Below, one piece after another: positions 48,244 through 53,247 of a stretch of 53,247 nucleotides of DNA; the first letter of the stretch is position 1, and every line of letters starts with the position of its first letter. The position numbers were made by a program, and so were the translations under genes. The DNA comes from Chara braunii (Eukaryota; Plantae; Charophyceae). Location of the stretch: assembly GCA_003427395.1 (NCBI GenBank), contig BFEA01000019.1:4463737-4516983 (forward strand), in the 5' to 3' direction. A model generated the notes under the pieces. That model saw only the letters and a list, made by a program, of their open reading frames with translations, was not told where the DNA came from and ran no database searches.

Positions 48244-48246
<3 letters not shown>
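48193..48246 (+). repeat. Fragment of the hammerhead-associated repeat embedded in (TA)n
   Basis: TGTCCTCTTCTCTCTCTCTGCCTACGGTTTAGCGGGCAGTTCTGTTTGTGACG between two long (TA)n tracts. Confidence 0.85.
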
Positions 48247-48283
<37 letters not shown>

Positions 48284-48622
48284 TCAAAGAAAACACGAGC
48301 ATGCACTCGGGCTAGGTGGCTGAGGGGAACACCCATCAGCCTTTGATAAGCAGACCTGAGTTCCAGTCCTCGTGAGATCAGACGAGTAGAGCGAAGCATC
48401 GAGTATGAGTTCTGATTTCTGTCAAAAGCATCCTCCGTAGCATTTTGCTCTTACCAGCACCACTGGCACTGGAACGGAGTTTATTAAAAAAAAAAAAAAA
48501 AAAAAACCATAACATTTCGTTGATTAAAAGTCCATGGCCTATTTTTGGTTCACTGGGAGCTTTGGAAAGTACCACCATTGGTGGTTTATTTGTGCACATC
48601 CGTTCTTAGTACACAATAGCTA

Positions 48623-48655
<33 letters not shown>

Positions 48656-49602
48656 GCTCCAATCTGTTAGCGGGGAGCAGCACGTGCTGGCAACCAGGCC
48701 CAGCGTCCCATTCAAGATCACATTGAAAAAATGAGAAATTTATGAAGAAGTGTGCCTTAGGGGTTTAGGTTTAGGAATGATTTTGTACGCATATACGATG
48801 TTTGTATTGTGGCGTGATGTAATACGCAAATCCAACTACGAAGGAGAAGGATAGCATACATCAGTGTTTCTAGTGGGACTTCGTTGTTAAGTACACTGCA
48901 AGAACATGGATTTTTGAAAGGAGACCGCCTACCCATGGCAAAACGTGGAATAGTCCCCATGGATCATGCTGACTTATTAAGAAATTTAAGATGATATCAT
49001 TCTACAATCAGAGAATACTCTGAATCCTGAATTATTACTCTTTCTTGGACAATCGATCAATGACATCACATCATTACGGTCGATACTTTACTTAGTGAAG
49101 GTATCTTTTGCATCGACCTTTGCGCTTACATATCGCACAAAGTTTCAAAGACGCTCGCTGAAGAAATTTGGTCAGTCCACAGTTTTTCGAAGTGGTCGCT
49201 TCGCTTCGCTCGTTTTCATAAACCTAAGATTTATGTTTTATGCGAGCAACGCAGCCCGTTTAGAGTCTGGACGAAGAAGAAAGAAAAATCACAATGCGTG
49301 AATTCGTTCTATTCAATCTATTTGGTATTTTACTCTTCAGTGTGCTAAGTTCATCCGTAAAGCACAGGCCGCGTTGGTGGAGATTTCACAACCCCCTGTT
49401 GAACTAATTTGGATTGCGTTCATCTGTAAAGCAAGGTTAATGGAAGTCTCCCAAGTTGACTTGCATTCGTGCGTTTAACTAATTTGTTTAACTAATTTGA
49501 GGTTATTTATCCTTACCCTTCTGAAATAGGAAATAACCACAAGTTAAGTTATTTGGAGCTGGTTAATTCGGTGATATGATAACGACTCAACACCGTGAGT
49601 CG

Positions 49603-51290
49603 TTTTTTTTTTTGTTTTTTTTTTTCTTTTTCTTTTTTTTTTTCCCCCCGTGAACAATGTCTTTATAAAAGCCGGGAACCGGGCCCGGCGTCCCTTACAA
49701 AATTCCGTGGGGCCCTCAGTGGGCGAGGCATCACCGGCCTAACGCATAGAGGACACCACTAGATTTAACCCCACTGTTAATTTCACAATCCCAACAACTC
49801 AAAGAGTGAACGAATTTCCACCACAATCCAAATTATCCCCGAGGAACGAAGACACTAAGAAAATCTAAATCTCGTCACTAAAAAGTTGAAAACACTAATT
49901 CCCCTATCCTAAAATCTTGACGAAAAAAATACCCACTAATTCCCCTATCCTGAAATCTCGACAAAAATTACCAATCCTAATTAGTAACCATAATTCCACC
50001 AATCATAAAAGAAAACATACGCAACAAGGCAATCAAAGGAACAGAGGAAAACCAAAGGTCAGCGCTGCTTGATGATGTCCAGTATCCATCCAATTGTTAC
50101 TGCCAAACCCCTGCTAATCTGCTCTGCTACCCGCACGGCAGGGCTCTGTGCCCACAGGCCCCCAATCTGCAGACAGAGACCCCGCAAAACCCACCCACAC
50201 TCCTCATTCAAAAACACCAACTCCCACCACGATGCTGTTTTTGCTGACCAGGAGATTACCCCACCTCCCGCGCGGCAGGGGCCAAAAAGCCCCGCAAAAC
50301 CCACCCACCTCCTCGCAATTTAGGGTAAACCCCTCCCTCGATTCTGCGTACACCCCCTACGGATGCTTCACCGCCCTCCATGACGAAGCCCCGGTGGGAT
50401 GATGCTCACCATACAACCGCAAATATTTAGATGACAACAGGACACCAGCCTAGACGGATAAAATGTAGCCCAAACCCGTTTCAACATCTCCAACATCTCA
50501 GTGGTAATACCCTACCTCCCGCGCGGCAGGGGTCAAAGACCCCGCAAACCCACCCGCCTCCTCGCGATTTAGGGAAAACCACTACCACTAATGTGCGCCG
50601 TCTCACAAGGAAACACCACCGCCCACCATAATGGCGATTCTGCAGAGCGGCACTCTCTCACTCATCTTATTGCATGCAAAAAACGCTACACCAAAGTTGC
50701 AACAAAGCACAGAGACTATTACCCAACAAAGAACAAGAAAAACACCAGAAAACATACATATGACCTCAGCCCTAATCTAATAAAAACCACTGGTTCACTC
50801 AAACGTACACTCTCTCTAAGCCCTAGAACGGGCTACAACAGGTGAACGCTCCGGAGTCAAAAAGTCGATGAGCGCTCCTGGAGAGCGTAAGCAGAACTGT
50901 GCGTTGAACGTGGGATGTCCCGCAGCAATCTCCATTACTCCTGTTGCCATCACATTCACGGGCTGACCCTGACAAGATATCAGGGCAGGAGACCCCGCAA
51001 AAGCCTCCGTATCAGAGACCGAGGGGCATAGCCCCTGATCAGTCTCGTCAGGTATAGTGCAGCATCCGGATCCCACCCGCCGATGGCCCCCACATATCAC
51101 TCTCTCCTTCCTCCACCGTGCTAGGATTCTTGACAAAGTCAAGTGAGACCAGTAATGACCAGGAGCATGTCACAGCTCCCTCGGCACGCCCCCCAAACAC
51201 CCCCGTGTTCCTCCCTGCGCCGCCATGGTCACCCCTAGCCAAGTTCTGGCAATCGGAGCAGACAAGTTTCGTCAACCCCGTACGCGATCC
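49603..51290 (-). mobile_element. Probable 5'-truncated non-LTR retrotransposon (poly(A) tail, long 3' UTR, decayed ORF end)
   Basis: T-rich tract at 49603-49643 is poly(A) on the minus strand, preceded by TATAAA. Strongly strand-skewed UTR with a ~70-bp internal repeat (about 50257-50330 and 50508-50580). Frameshifted coding-like sequence at about 50820-51290 with no diagnostic motif. Confidence 0.45.
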
Positions 51291-51980
51291 CCCAACGCCC
51301 GAATGCTGCTACTGGGGCGGCGCGTTAGCGCAGCGTTACCGCTGTGCTAACGCACTGTCCCGCCCCCCCCCGGCCCAATGCTTTTTTTTTTAAGACCACC
51401 TCTTGAGCTGGAGCCATGGCGTCCTCGTACTGAGACTCGTAGACCCAAAGGGTGGTAGCCGAGGGGTGTGCAAAACCATGAGTACCAGGAGTTAGGAGGT
51501 TTTTACTTCTTATTTCCAGTGATAGAAAACTTTTGAAAAAAAGGAAAGCAGGGATGTTGCGTAGGCGACACAACATCAAGTTAAAAAACAAAAAAAAAAG
51601 CGAAAAGTTGAAAACAAACAAACAAAAGACGTCAGTGGTGAAAAAATGCTTGCATCAAACCGCATGCGCATTGCAATCGACGTCGGTGTGAGCCGGCAGG
51701 ACTGCCATTTTCGGCTTGGCAGGTCCGAGGGTTCCGTCCGTACGATCTTTCTCGTCCTAAGGGGTAGCTACGAGAAGGGGGAAAAAAAAAAAAAAAACAA
51801 GGGCTCAGATGTACACTCCCGGCAGATGAATAGTACATTACTGCTCGTAAACCACCACTACTTGGCCCACCTATCGACCGCCGCGGGAGGACAACATAAA
51901 GTAGTATCGTTTCTACTCGGATGAATTTGCACACTCGCTTAGTGGTACTGGTGGTTTAAAAAAAAAAAAAAAAAAATAGG

Positions 51981-52020
<40 letters not shown>

Positions 52021-52100
52021 TGAAAAGGTTCGGAGAAGAAAATAAACAATTGTTAGAACTTAGAATTTAGAAGTAAGAAAAGGCAGAATCTCTGCAACGA

Positions 52101-52527
52101 CCCAATTAGTCCCATCCATTACTAGTCCCATTAGTCCCATCCATTAGTCCCAATTAGTCCCATTAGTCCCATTAGTCCCATACATTAGTCCCCATTAGTC
52201 CCATTCATTAGTCCCATACATTAGTCCCAATTAGTTCCAGGACTCCGAGTCCCATCCATTATACCAAATAGCTGTTCAGTGGATTCTTGAAGTAGAACTT
52301 AGAAGTGAGAAAAGTCAGAATCTCTGGAAACACGCAATTAGTCTCATGCATTAGTCCCGTCCATTAGTCCCAATTAGTCCCAGGACTCCCATCCATTATA
52401 CCAAATAGCTCTTCGGTGGATTCGTGAAGTAGTCCCAATTAGTCCCGGGTCGCTTTGGTGGATTCTTGAAGTAGTCCCAATTAGTCCCAAATAGCTCCCA
52501 GGACTCCCATCCAGTCCCAATTAGTCC
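52101..52527. repeat. Satellite of ATTAGTCCC-based 9-13 bp units with higher-order repeats
   Basis: Many CCATTAGTC/CCAATTAGTC units; CCCATCCATTATACCAAATAGCT...GTGGATTC occurs twice. Confidence 0.88.
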
Positions 52528-53247
52528 GGGGCTGAGGTCCCACTAGCAAAAAGGATCGGATCGAGCTCCTGAATCTAGACGTGTTTTAAGCAGAGATGCA
52601 GAAAAACAGTTCAATCTCGATTTTCTGCACCTCTCTATAAACTTGTCCACCTTCAGCCATTCGATCCAATACTCTTTTGCTAGTGGGACAACGCCCCAGA
52701 TGATGCTGATGTGTCACGGCGGTCGTCTTTTTGTTTGTTTGTTTGTTTTTTAGAGTTAGAAAAGGGAAGCCGGGGGGGGGTTGAGAAAACAGAACAGAAC
52801 AGAACAGAAAAGAAAAGAAAAGAAAAGAAAAGAGAGGAAATACAACCAGACACGTGGCCCATGAACAGTTCACGGGACCGTTCCAAAAAAAAAAAAAACA
52901 GCTCTCAGCTCTCGAGTTTGAGTTGTGATGGAATTAGGCCTGGACCCCACAGGGAGAAATCCTTGGAAAACCCGCGTGGAAAAAGCTTATCTCGGACTCC
53001 ATCGGACAAAGCAGACCCTTAGGAAAGCCAATTTTAAGACGGCGGTGAGGTTTTCCGGGACCCCGCAGTATCAGGAATTTAAAGCCACATTAATTTTTGT
53101 CGTTCTCACATCGGTTTCCTGTCGGAAAAGTGGCTGTGGAGAAGTTTCCGCCGCACTTTTGTGCCCTTTCCAGAGAGTAGTGGGGAGTGGGGTATGTCCA
53201 TCGTTGGAAACTCCCTGCCAAGTTGTGGTGGTGGGGCGGGGGGGGGG

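Noticed and set aside
49581-49612. Rho-independent terminator (AACGACTCA/TGAGTCGTT plus T-run)
   Set aside because: Eukaryotic context; the T-run is better explained as the minus-strand retroelement poly(A) tail.

Overview
Eukaryotic, repeat-rich genomic window; gene structure and TE style suggest a streptophyte alga such as Chara (inference). One host gene is on the + strand: the last five coding exons (12093-13121, 20780-21229, 28824-29828, 31437-31652, 36541-37164; about 1107 aa, all introns phase 0, GT-AG) of a MATH/TRAF coiled-coil protein resembling Arabidopsis At2g25320. Its N-terminal exons lie upstream of the window. Positions 1-7970 are a nest of two oppositely oriented, decayed Ty3/gypsy chromoviruses. 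The introns carry three non-autonomous hAT elements (CTAGGCT...AGCCTAG, 8-bp TSDs), a TTAA-bounded MITE family, a probable solo LTR, minisatellites and a 3'-truncated polyadenylated U6 snRNA retrocopy that was later hit by one hAT element. Downstream of the gene are a dispersed, microsatellite-associated repeat family with hammerhead-ribozyme cores (Penelope/retrozyme-like), a five-cassette array of tRNA-derived Pol III units, a probable 5'-truncated LINE and strong hairpins. A Nextera mate-pair junction adapter at about 30759 marks an assembly artefact.
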